NCBI RefSeq assembly: GCF_964355755.1
Contig: NC_092676.1
Span: forward strand, 29,875,499-29,939,498
Length of the DNA stretch: 64,000 bases
Direction of reading: 5' to 3'
DNA from: Antedon mediterranea
Taxonomy: Eukaryota; Animalia; Echinodermata
Under the pieces are notes generated by a model. That model was not told where the DNA came from and did not search any database. It worked only from the letters and a program-made list of their open reading frames with translations. The translations under genes were made by a program, and so were the position numbers. Of this stretch, positions 1-11,810 are shown in pieces (position 1 is the first letter of the stretch; each line of letters starts with the position of its first letter).

Positions 1-462
1 TGGAGACTCCTACAGCAAACTGAACACATACATCACACATGCTAGACCCTGGAGATTCCTACAGCAAACTTAAGCACTTCTGATGGGACCATCCCAGCCA
101 GCAACAATTAGCATTAATTCTGTGTTTTAACCATAATCTTACATTGCAAAAATAGCAAAACTATTGAATTATTGAACTTAAGTTAAAATATAGTTGATGT
201 TGATATAAAGATTGCAGTAAACTATATATGTAATTCTGAAAAGAACTGTTGAGTTAATTCAATCAATATGCTTTAATCGTTAATGGACTTCAAAGGATAG
301 TTTAAGACAGTACTCACTCCAAACAACTTTTGTGAGTAATGTTTTTTTATTATTCCAACACCTCTAGCTACATTTTTGCAACGTATACATCACCGTAGAC
401 TTTTGCAATGTGTACATCACTGTAGACTTCCAAAAATAGCGTATAAAGAGTACAAACCTGAA

Positions 463-1444
463 TCAGATTCCACACTACCATTGCTCTTCTTTTTATGAGA
501 GTCAAATACCGCTGGTGAGCTACAGTCGTCAGAGTGTACACCATTAAATACCGCCGGTAAACTACAGTCGTCAGAATTGACCCCATTACTTGTCTCCTCA
601 TCTTGACTCATTGGTTCCTCCTCATCACTAGATATTGATATACACACTAGATGGATGCAATATTAAATATTTACTTGTATGAACAGAAATATGAAGATGC
701 AGATGCTTTTCATGAATTCTTAAATACCTTTTTTGATCAATTTTTAACTTTTACAATGTATGATATTGACACATAATTAGACTAAAAATTAGACTACCAA
801 TTAAACAAACAATGAAAGAAACCTAAAGGAAAGTAAAAAAACATCAGGAAGAACGAAATATTTAAAGGAAAAAACATTGACACCAAACCATCTAGCCCTA
901 AACAGAAAATAAATTGGAAAAAAGGTCTAAATGACAGAAAATGTTTAAGAGAGGAAGAGAGAGTTTTATAATTCCTCACTGACTTCTGGACCAAATTGTA
1001 AATCATTCTGGTGATAACCAGCCTTAAACATGTTCTTTATTTTGAATGAAATCAACTCAAATTAAAACGAAAAAAGGTTGCGAAGTGAAACTAAGTAACA
1101 TATTACCAGGTTGAACAGCTTGTTTTCTAGGCCTCCTTGCTGGGTAGCTCTTTGCTGGTGTCTTCAGCCGATATGATTCTTTCCAATTACTAGAAGATAC
1201 TGTAGATGGAGGTGACTGCCGTTTTACCGGCAAATAAACTGTTTTTTTCTTGTTAACAAAAGATCTCCATGATTCATTGTTTAAAGTTTTCATTTCTTCT
1301 TTTGGCACAGGAATAAGTTTCCGATATTTTTTAACAGAGAAATCACATTTACAGGAGTCACATTTTACAAGACTTCTTGATTTTATTCCACAATGAGCAC
1401 ACAGGGCAAGATTAACGGTATCTGTATCATCATCATCATCATCC
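463..1444 (-). CDS. Partial unidentified gene with two internal coding exons (about 1107..1444 and 463..635). The protein has an acidic tract then Cys-rich C-x2-C...C-x2-C-x-C (zinc-finger-like).
   Basis: Minus-strand ORFs 1057..1476 (DDDDDDTDTVNLALCAHCGIKSRSLVKCDSCKCDFSVKKYRK...) and 417..647 (DEEEPMSQDEETSNGVNSDDCSLPAVF...). The upstream exon has acceptor tttcag|GATGATGAT at 1444 and donor CCTG|gtaata near 1107. The downstream exon has acceptor tatctag|TGATGAG near 635 and donor TTCAG|gtttgt near 463. I recognise no family. Confidence 0.3.
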
Positions 1445-2396
1445 TGAAATAATAATAATAATAGTCTGAAATGCAAATTATACTAATATTTTTCAAAAAT
1501 AGACATATCAAATAATAATGATACTAGGATTTTGAAATAGGAGACCCAAGTTGTAAAATTTACACTGAATTTAACTTATTGTTTATCGTTTGAATTGAAA
1601 ATTTCAAAATTTGTGGGGTGGTGGCGGGAGTGTTTGGTGTCTTAGTCGGCCCATCACAGAGACATTATTATTTCTACATGCTCAAATACCAAGGATAATA
1701 TCTTTAGGAAATTTATGTATTGTTCCCCAAAAACTTGAAAAATGAAGATTAATTAAATCAGATTTTGAATAGGTTATTTTTTAGTTAGTTAATCACTTCC
1801 ATAGAAGTTTTTTCACGTAAATAAATTTTGTTTAGATCCAATTTTTGGTCACAGTGGATAACTATTATGAGACATTAAAATGGCATATTCAACAACAAAA
1901 ATTATTTTTCAGGGGGACAATACATCTTTAACCATAGTGTTACTACAACTGAAAATACACATCAACAGCCAACACAATTTAACTGTGCTTGTGTATAATC
2001 ACAAAAAAAAAATATTGCATATTATTTCTACCATCTCATCATCGGGTGTACACGTTTTCTTACGTTTTCGGTTGAAAGGATTTCCGACGTTGAGGCTGGG
2101 ACTTTTACTGGACGTGTTTGTGGTGTCATTTTAGTTGGTAATGATCTACTAGAATGCTTTCCTGGTGTTTTGCTGTTTGTATCATTTGTAGCTGCTGTTT
2201 AAAAAACAAAAATAAATTGTATTTGTATTGGTTCACTATAGTTAATCTTTTTAGTCACCACTTAGTAGACTTTGTTATTTGTTTGAGAACAGGAACACAA
2301 TTTGACAAAACCAAATTTGATCATTACAACCATTCAGGATCTTTCTTTATATATTTAGCTAAATTGCCAAGGATAAACTTAAACTATCCTTCTTAA

Positions 2397-2590
2397 AGGT
2401 GGCAATCTTGTTCACAAGACAAACATATACACAAGATGCTCTACATAAACAAAATCTTATTACAACTTTTTGGGAGTGGAGTTGTAATTTGTCATTTGAA
2501 AAAAATTCTGACATGCAGACAGGACTTGGATTGGTAGCCAAGCATCATAACCACCAAGTCACCAATCTACTCCAATGTGATTGGTCATTG
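2397..2590 (+). repeat. Copy 1 of a roughly 190-bp dispersed repeat (SINE/MITE-like). Copy 2 is at 63049..63240.
   Basis: ggtggcaatcttgttcacaagacaaacatatacacaagatgctctacataaacaaaatcttattacaac..ggtagccaagcatcataaccaccaagtcac is about 85% identical to 63049..63240. Confidence 0.7.
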
Positions 2591-2769
2591 GTCTTACCTG
2601 TAAGTTGCTTATGTTGGATGAGTTTGAGTAGTTGGGAAGAAGGTATTTGTATCACACCTGGCCTCAAATCTGCCATGTTTACATTTGTGCCATTTGAACT
2701 GAAATCAAAACACAGATTGAAGAAAAATATGAAAAAAAATCAAAAGACAATGCAATATCAAATATTGTA

Positions 2770-3330
2770 CTTGACCTAGTACAGTATATTATGGTACAGT
2801 CGGAGTATATTATGGTACAGTATATTATGGTACAGTATATTATGGTACAGTATATTATGGTACAGTATATTATGGCACAGTATATTATGGTACAGTATAT
2901 TATGGTACAGTATATTATGGCACAGTATATTATGGTACAGTATATTATGGTACAGTATATTATGGTACAGTATATTATGGTACAGTATATTATGGTACAG
3001 TATATTATGGTACAGTATATTATGGTACAGTATATTATGGTACAGTATATTATGGTACAGTATATTATGGTACTGTACAGTATATTATGGTACAGTATAT
3101 TATGGTACAGTATATTATGGTACAGTATATTATGGTACAGTATATTATGGTACAGTATATTATGGTACTGTACAGTATATTATGGTACAGTATATTATGG
3201 TACAGTACAGTATATTATGGTACTGTACAGTATATTATGGTACAGTACAGTATATTATGGTACTGTACAGTATATTATGGTACTGTACAGTATATTATGG
3301 TACTGTACAGTATATTATGGTACAGTGTAT
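2770..3330. repeat. 15-bp minisatellite (GGTACAGTATATTAT)n of about 37 units, with variant units (GGCACAG.., GGTACTGTACAG..) concentrated at the 3' side.
   Basis: Direct reading of the sequence. The six-frame ORFs 2791..3378, 3087..3458 and 3182..3370 are translations of this repeat (MVQYI..). Confidence 0.95.
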
Positions 3331-3686
3331 TATATACCAATACAAATCATTTATATACCTACCGTTTTAGTAAAATAATTGGTTGGTTTGTCTGTGTAAA
3401 GACAGTTATTTCAGCATTTGTGACTGGGGTTTCTGAACTAGTTTGTGTTGTAATGTAGGTCCTCTTCTGGGCTCTTGGTCTAGTGTTTGATAAGTTGTTG
3501 GACTGGTATGGTTTAAAAGAAGCTACTGTGCTGCCATCCACTTTGGGTAAGTTTGTAGACTTTGGTACAGACAGTTTTGGAATTTTACCTAATTGCTTGC
3601 TGTCAAATTCCTTTTGGAGAAGAAAGATTACTATTTTCAGCAATAAAAATCATTTTTTAAAACCAATTTGATATTAAATTTCTAAA

Positions 3687-3832
3687 GCTCTGTCTACACT
3701 ATCAAACGAGTATGACAAAGAAAGTGTGATTTGCCCAAATATGGTAGTGATATGCCTCAATATGGTGGTGATATGAAATTAGCATGTCCATATATGGGCA
3801 CATCACATTTTTTTGTGAAATAAAGACAGAGC
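3687..3832. mobile_element. MITE of the GCTCTGTCTACACTATCAAAC-TIR family (right TIR degenerate).
   Basis: Left end gctctgtctacactatcaaacgag. Internal ...atatggtagtgatat..catatatgggcacatcac... Right end ..aaagacagagc. Confidence 0.6.
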
Positions 3833-5821
3833 TTTATAAGCTATATATTATACAAATTAGTTATCAAGCAAAATATATGGATAAAACCTACAAACTTCAT
3901 TCAATTTTATGTACAGACATAACTCATATCATCATTATATTAAACTTTAAGAACGAGTACTTACTATAGCACCCTTGTGTTTCCTAGATAATGGTGGTTG
4001 AACTACCACATGGCTTGTTCCTGTTTTCGTAAATAAATTCCCATGTTTTCCCTTATCAACAATGATAATATCACTGCAAAAACAATTGTGGTAACTATAT
4101 ACATATAATATGTTTGTATATGATATATAAAGCCCCAATGATCAACAAATTGTATAAATTGTATACACTTACACAGTATAATTTGACACTCAATTTTAAA
4201 AACATTTTAGAAATTTTACACTGGAATATTACTGATGATATTACATATTTGGTTTGACAGAATTTAGTTTTTTTGTATTTTGCTTTTTTTTACATTTTTT
4301 AAGAACTAATTATTCTGTGTTGAGGGTTAGATGAAGACACAACTTTGCGCCGATTACTAGCTGCATTATGGGAGTATGTTTCCATACATGTTTGATCTAA
4401 AAAAATGAATGGGGTAATAATGTTCAGTGTTTAGAGGTTTCACAACTTTAGGTGCTACCCTATATAAATCCAGGATATTATTATTATTATTATTATTAAT
4501 TAGGTTGTCCAGAATCAATTGTGTTTATATGTTTTTAGATTGGAAATATAACACATACTCATCATCAATTTCTTCTTCTTCTTCTATTTCGTCAGAGGTT
4601 ATGTCAGAATTTCCGTATGTTGTTACGAAGCCTTGTCCTTTACCAGATTCTTCTGCATCTAAAGCTATTTAATATGCAATGATACGATAATGATATACCA
4701 GCAAAGACCATGATGACATGATGTGTGATTTGAAATCCAAATTTGAAACAGCACAATGTATTTTTTTATATATAAAAACCTGTTTCTATTATTGCATTTA
4801 TATATAATTATATATTTATACACATATAAATGGGCGCCTATAAATGTATATTAAAATAACTTTATTTTGCTTATATTGTTTATGTAAACTAAACAGCATT
4901 ACCATATAATATATTATATATTCTATTGATGAAATACAGACTTGTGTCGCCAAGGGCCGGTTTTACAACTCCCTGGTCTAGTCAAGTCTCTAAGCCATTT
5001 TTATATTCCCAGCATGCGCACATGAAACAGGGACGATCTGTCCAACATTTTTTAGCTATGTCTCTCTCATCCCGACCACACGACGCCGTCCATACGTCGT
5101 ACTAGGCCTAGCTCCTGTCCTGCTGTCAACAATTACCGAGTCGGCAGATCAAAACAACAGACAATGGCCTTAATATCTCAATAGCATAAGACTGCATTTA
5201 TAACAATAATTAAGGTTTATTCTTACCAGACAATAGATCGGAATAATTCATTTTCAGTAATGGTGTTTCCAGAACATTTTGAGATGTTTATTTTTGGCTA
5301 GGCCTACCTAATCTCTCTCTCGCGCGCGAGCAACAATTTCCAAAACCTGAAAAAAATCTTCTTCTTTTTTTTCGATTCGCCAATGTGACGTGTGTAGAGG
5401 GCGTTATTGCTGACTCTGCTGCCCCCAACCAAACATACTGTCAACGTAAAAACAGAGGTCAAAGTTTATTTGCATCCAACACATGTTTTTCTTTAACGTC
5501 GGCATTTACATTGGAAGCTGTCTACATTTAGTATTATTTAAATGTATAATCAAGGTATATTGTGGTAAGACTATTCATCAGTTTTGTTAAATCTGCATTA
5601 AAAAATATAAAATCCTAAATGAAATATTTTTTTGTTAATTAGGAAAGGCTAAAAGGGCTAACTAATAAAGTACCCTCCGTCCGTCGTGACCCACCACCAC
5701 CAGCAGGAGTAGGAATGTTCATCCTCGCAGTGTGTGTTAGCACTGAAGTATCTAGTCGGTTCGCCCCTTAATATATTTTCCAAAATCAATACTGTAATTT
5801 GCAGTCCTTGTTTACTTTCAG

Positions 5822-8800
5822 GTCAACGACAACTGACTCATCATTAAGGACTAGTGGTAGTGACAATGACGAGGTCTGATAACAGCTTTATTTGGAAAAT
5901 ATTAAAATGCTAAATTTACTTTTTAATACTTTACTATTCTATTCTATAGATTATTACACAAAAGTAATAATTTTTATTCATTTTGATTTAGATTTATTAA
6001 TATGATTTTTAACATTCTATAATTAAAAAAAAAGACAGTAAGTTAATATATTGTTATGGATATTGTAGTTATTGATGAAATAAATATATAATAAATAATA
6101 TTAAAACATTTAGTTTTATTGTTTTTAGGATGATGTTGATGATGAACAACATAGCAAACTTTTAAAGGCCATCGGATCTCTGGATGGAAAGAAAGGGTTA
6201 GTTTCATACCATTTTTTATTATACATAATTATAAATGCTTGATAAATAATAAAATGAAATTATGTTTTTAAAATTGTTACTAACATTTCTGTGTTTGAAC
6301 CGTTTTAGCTGACCCAAGGTTAAGACTACATCTTTAAGCTCTGTCCACTCTATCTAACTTAATGTGACAAAAAATGTGATGTGGCCATATATGGACACGA
6401 TGATGTCATACCACTACCATATTTGGGCATATCACACTTTTTTTGTCAAACTAGTTTGATAGTTAGTTTTACTGTGTAGATAGAGCTTTAGTTTAATAAT
6501 ACTTTGATGATATAAATAACTTGTTATTATCTTATTTTAGGAAAAGAGTTCAGCAGAGATCAGAGGCTGTTAAGGAAATATCAGAGTTTACCTTAGCCTC
6601 AAAAGATGGCAAATCAAGTCGTGTCAGAGTTCATGAGTTGATGGGGACATTAAAGAGTACAACATCACATTCAGAACTTAAGAAACAACTAATTAATGTT
6701 CAAAGAAAAAGTAAAACCTTGTCAGCTTCATTGCCAAAACATGAAGCATTAAAGGTATGGAAACTATGCCCTAAATACTGTTGAGATTACCTGCCTTGTT
6801 GGCTAGCTAGAACAGACTCTTGTAATAGATTGATACCTGCCTTGTTGGCTAGCTAGAACAGACTCTTGTAATAGATTGATACCTGCCTTGTTGGCTAGCT
6901 AGAACAGACTCTTGTAATAGATTGATACCTGCCTTGTTTCCTAGCTAGAACAGACTCTTGTAATAGATTGATACCTGCCTTGTTGGCTAGCTAGAACAGA
7001 CTCTTGTAATAGATTGATACCTGCCTTGTTGGCTAGCTAGAACAGACTCTTGTAATAGATTGATACCTGCCTTGTTGGCTAGCTAGAACAGACTCTTGTA
7101 ATAGATTGATACCTGCCTTGTTGGCTAGCTAGAACAGACTCTTGTAATAAATTGAAATGAAACAGACGCGGCTTCTATGTACTAACTGCCGTGGAGGCAG
7201 TAACCACTTGCTTTTATTAAGTCAATTACTAATTAGCATACATAGTTACATGTGTGTGTGTATAATCATTACAACTCTAACTAAAACTTTACTTATGTAT
7301 AGGTTGAACGTAAACTTGCTTATGAAAACACCAGTAATGAGCTCTCAAAGTGGCAGCAAGCTGTCCAGGCAAATCGAAGAGCCGAACATCTGTCGTTCCC
7401 TCTCAACCAATCAACCACCAGCCTTCAAACCACGGACACCTTTGTCAAGAAATTTAAGGTGAAATACAAAGAGTATATTTAATTTATCAAAAGAACATTT
7501 CACTAAAGCTCTGTCTACACCATCAAAGTTTATATGACAAAAAAAAGGTGATGTGCCCATGTATGGACACGATGACATCATATCACTACCATATTTGGGC
7601 ACATCGCACTTGTTTTAGTCAAACTAGTTTAATTGTTCGAACACCTTTGTCAAGAAATTGAAGGTGAAATTTAAAAAGTTTATTTAATTTAATAAAAGAG
7701 GATATCACTAAAGCTCTGTCGACGCTATCAAAGTCAAAATAATAAAAAAAATCAGACTTTTTAGTCAAACTAGTTTAGTAGTGTAGACAGAGCTTAACAC
7801 ATGTAGCATACATTTGAATAGTAAATTGTTACTAATTGTGTTCACATTTCAAATTGTTATCTTTTTTTAACTTCAGCCTGCAACACCACTTGAGGAGGAA
7901 ATCTATACGTTGTTACATGGCAGTAAGCACATGGAACGACCTGACAAAGAATTTACACAAGCAGAAGAAGAAGCCCTGAAGGCTATGAGTCTAGAGGAGG
8001 TATTTGTTAAACATCTTTAAAATATTATAGATGCATGGCAGGATATGCTGGGTGAAACTTGGCTTATTGTATGTTGCCCAGTTTTGACTACATCATGAAT
8101 AAATTAGCCTGACTGAAAATAAAAATGTTCTATTAAAAAAAACTATTATCTGTTATATGTGCCATCAAATGTTACTGTAGTATGAACTACAGGTATGTAT
8201 GACTTAATTTATGTCTACACTATCAAACTTTATGTGACATGATCACTACCATATTTGGGCATATCACTACCATATTTGGGCATATCACTACCATATTTGG
8301 GCACATCACTACCATATTTGGGCACATCACACTTTTTTTTGTCAAACTAGTTTGTTAGTGTAGACATAGCTTTACAGTATGTTATATGTATTTATATATA
8401 TTTTTTTCAAAAGGCAAAAGCTAGGCGAGCAGAACTACAGAAGGCAAGAGCTTTACAGTCTTACTACGAGTCAAAGTGTAAACGACAGAAAAAGATCAAA
8501 AGTAAAAAGTAAGCATATCAAAAGAAATAATGTTTAGAATGATAAATAATGTAATTCTCATTGTAAAGAGCTAGTGTTGTACATTTTTTGGCTGTTTTGA
8601 TTTTTAGCTCCATTGATATCCAGCCACTGATACCCACAGCATTGTCATTTTTTCAGTAATTTGCCTTTGGATTCGTATTGTGTATATATATTTATCGACA
8701 GAATGTCTGTTTTGACCATTACTGTACATCTTTACTTCTTGTTAGGTTCCATCGTATTCAAAAGAAAGCAAAAGCAAAAGAGGATATTAAAAAGATGCAA

Positions 8801-11163
8801 GAGGTGATGGAGAATGATCCTGAGGCAGCAAACGAAATGATGACAAAGATTGACAAAACGAGAGCACAGGTATAAAACACTTTATCATTACAATTCAACA
8901 ATATGTAAGGCCAACTTGAATAGCAAAAGCTGATTTAAGGCCAATTTACACAGACGAAAAAAGGCGTAGCTTGGCCCATATAGAATATGTATTTATTCTG
9001 AGCGGAAACCGCCCGTCCGCTCCACGTTGTGGGTAAATGGTCATAAGGAATAACATAGATTTTATATTTTTATTACTGTTACCGCTCGTCTGTGTAAATT
9101 GACCTTTATTTTGGTCTTATATGTCATGTTTGTTAATAAAGTTTCTATATTATTGTACGAGAGTGACAATAAAGTATTTATACATACATTAAATTACAAT
9201 TATCATACCTTTTCAATTGCAACTACTATGTGCCTATACCTTCTCATGGCAAAATAAATAGTAAACATTCAACATTTGTATACTACGGTAAAGAGCGCTT
9301 TATAAATGGTCGATATTATTATTATTATATTTGTATAGTGTCAATAACGTAGTGAATTGTAATAATTTGTATTTTATTTCTCTCATAAAAGGAACGTGTT
9401 AGTCTGAAGCATAGAAACACTGGCAAATGGGCAAAGAGTACTGTTCGCTTCGGTAAATACAATCTACAGGTATGATGATTTCATTTATATTTTATTTGTT
9501 AAAAATAATTTCTATATCAATCTGCTATTTCTATATTATCCATATTTTAATTCTGAGCTGTTGAATGTTGATAGGCTAGAGAGCAGATTCAACAACAGTT
9601 ACAGAAGAGCAGAGACCTGACCCAAAAAATTGCAGAGATCAACAAGAGCGATGAAGAGGATCAAGAAGAGGGCTTGGAGGGAGAAGAAGGTTTGGCGCCA
9701 TCATTGACAGATATCAATAATCCATGGTTTAATGCATCGGCTAAAAATCTGACAAAAGAGGAGTCCAAGACAACGTCAAAGAGCGCTAAGGATCATGTTC
9801 GTATATCCGCACTTGAGGCTGTAACTGCTCAACAAGTTGATGACAGTGATTCTGAAGATGATGACGCTCCAGAAATTGTCACACGTCACATGTTAGAGGG
9901 CGTATCAAATGCTGACTTACTAGAGACTCCTGTTGATGATCAGGAGTTGTTAAGCGAAGGAGTAAATCGCAAACAGACTCTTGAGGATTTTGAATTCACT
10001 GGTTCTGATGAAGAGACTTTACCAGAGGTAAATAACAGCAAGGTCATACACGATTCTAAGGAGGATAGTACAACAGATAAAAGGGGAAACATAAAAGATA
10101 TTCATGTCAATCCTATGAAGGTATTCACCATCAAACCACGAGAAATAAAATGTCTTGAACCAGATATTGTTGTTGGCGATTTTGAAAAGGAAGATAGACC
10201 AGACAAGCACCTGATGAACATACAAGAGGCGTTTGCAGATGATGATGTTGTTGAAGATTTCCAGCAAGACAAAAAGAGAAAGATTGATGAGAGTACACCT
10301 AAGGACATTGACCTTACACTACCAGGATGGGGTGACTGGGGAGGAACTGGGGTCAAGCCATCAAAAAGGAAAAAGAAAAGGTAAGAACATTAGTTTAGTT
10401 GTTTATGAAAAAATAATTCATGATTACAGAGGACATTGCATACTGTACATATATTATTTTATATTATACCAATTCTCTGTTAACAGATTCATAATTAAAG
10501 CGCCACCTGCTGCTCCACGTCAGGACCGAAAACTAGCTCATGTGATCATCAACGAGAAACGAAATAAATCTGTCGCCATGCATCAGGTAAATATTCAAAT
10601 CTGCTTTTGCAATTATTAGTTAAGTTAATTATAGCAGTTAAATATTTCTTACAAAAAACGCCGCTCATCTCATGGTAACTACAGTCTTCGTGCATCTCAA
10701 TATTTATCAGTAAATGTTTTCATAGACTCTCTTTTCCATGACGTACTTTGGGGTGTGCGCATGCCCAGTCCGAGTTTCTAAATACCCATTTTTTCAGCCG
10801 TAGTAAACTACGGTCTCCTAATGCTCCATTCTCTTGAATATAACTGCCTAAAGGAGTGGCGCAAAAACTTTACAATGTGGTAAATTTATTTTTTAAATTT
10901 TCTTTATTTTGCAGGTGAATAATTTACCCTTTCCGTTTAATTCAGCTCAACAATTTGAATCACATATTCGAGCACCGGTAGGAAACACATGGAATACTGA
11001 AGCTGTCTTCAAGAAATTAACAAAGCCCAAAATAAAAACCCAAATGGGGGCAATAATTGAACCTTTATCGGAAGCAGATGCTTTCAAAGATACAGTTAGT
11101 ATTGAGGCTAATAACAAAGAAAAAACAAATAAATCTAAAAGGAAAAAGCATTTTAAGAAATAA
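5822..11163 (+). CDS. UTP14: U3 snoRNP protein UTP14 homologue (UTP14A/C family). Twelve coding exons are resolved; the first coding exon with the ATG lies upstream and was not found.
   Basis: Exons (1-based, + strand): 5822..5873, 6129..6196, 6541..6754, 7303..7458, 7877..7999, 8414..8508, 8746..8869, 9392..9469, 9575..10380, 10487..10586, 10915..11163 (stop TAA 11161-11163). All junctions are GT..AG with consistent reading phase. The translation aligns along its length with human UTP14A as recalled from memory: HSKLLKAIGSLDGKKGKRVQQRSEA vs QKLLEAISSLDGKNRRKLAERSEA; ALKAMSLEE; ARALQSYYE..KKIKSKK; SLKHRNTGKWAKS; DIDLTLPGWGDWGGTGVKPSKRKKKRFIIKAPP..VIINEKRN; VGNTWNTEAVFKKLTKPK. It agrees with ORF-track frames 6521..6784, 8678..8875, 9674..10384 and 10909..11163. 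Confidence 0.85.
6348..6486. mobile_element. MITE, same family, in a UTP14 intron.
   Basis: gctctgtccactctatctaac...gtcaaactagtttgatagttag..gtgtagatagagc. Confidence 0.65.
6786..7150. repeat. 46-bp minisatellite x about 8 (tacctgccttgttggctagctagaacagactcttgtaatagattga) in a UTP14 intron.
   Basis: Direct reading. One unit has ggc replaced by tcc (gtttcctagctag). Confidence 0.95.
7507..7793. mobile_element. Two adjacent partial/short MITE copies of the same family (7507..about 7640 and 7713..7793) in a UTP14 intron.
   Basis: gctctgtctacaccatcaaag... and gctctgtcgacgctatcaaag...gtcaaactagtttagtagtgtagacagagc. Confidence 0.6.
8212..8370. mobile_element. MITE, same family, carrying an internal 18-bp microsatellite (cactaccatatttgggcaca x4).
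   Basis: atgtctacactatcaaac...gtcaaactagtttgttagtgtagacatagc. Confidence 0.7.
9575..10380 (+). CDS. UTP14: UTP14 large acidic central exon (806 nt).
   Basis: Acceptor gatag|GCTAGAGAG at 9574/9575 and donor AAAAG|gtaaga at 10380/10381. Contains ORF 9674..10384. Encodes AREQIQQQLQKSRDLTQK...DIDLTLPGWGDWGGTGVKPSKRKKK. Confidence 0.85.
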
Positions 11164-11810
11164 GTTTTTGTGGTTTTAATTTGGGTCAAATTGTACACTT
11201 TAATTGTGTATATTATTATTATTTTGAAATTGTCGAAACTGTCTTATTTTTTAAATACGACAACTTTACTACATATTAATAAAAAATTTATGGAACAAAT
11301 AAATATTTTAAAACAACTGTAGTTTCTCTGAAGATTTTTATTGTCTACTTCATAATTGGGTTATCTAAATTCACAACTTATGTTCATTTTAACAGATTAT
11401 TTATATACATTTAATCAGAAAATAAAGTACATCTAAAACATTTAGTATATTTACAGTCATTGCCAACGAAATATTGGCATTTTTTAATTGTTAAATTAAT
11501 TCCGGAAGACTTTAATGTAAATTTTATAAACTAAATAAATAAACTAATTATTGTAGCATAATTTTTAGACAAAAGTTACTAAATGTTAATATTTTTTATT
11601 ATACCTGTACAAACAAGTTCACAATGATTGGAAGCAGAATTCTTCTCATTTGTCATTCAACTTAAGCTGAAATACTTTCTTTTCTTTCAATATTTATGTC
11701 CAATATCATTTCATCGATTTTACTTTTTTCATAATTGTAATAGTTCTTTGGTACAGTATATATTTAATTAACATACAACATTGTCAACTTTATGTAAACA
11801 AGCATACAGT

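Noticed and set aside
2791-3458. Six-frame ORFs of 195, 123 and 62 aa (MVQYIMVQYI...).
   Set aside because: They are pure translations of the 15-bp minisatellite. They show no start context, no splice sites, and a periodic amino-acid sequence, so they are not a gene.
10019-10619. Minus-strand ORFs 10019..10267 and 10102..10356, and plus-strand ORF 10233..10619, overlapping UTP14 exons.
   Set aside because: These are antisense or out-of-frame shadows of the long acidic UTP14 exon, whose low-complexity codon usage yields open frames. The plus-strand ORF crosses a real intron.
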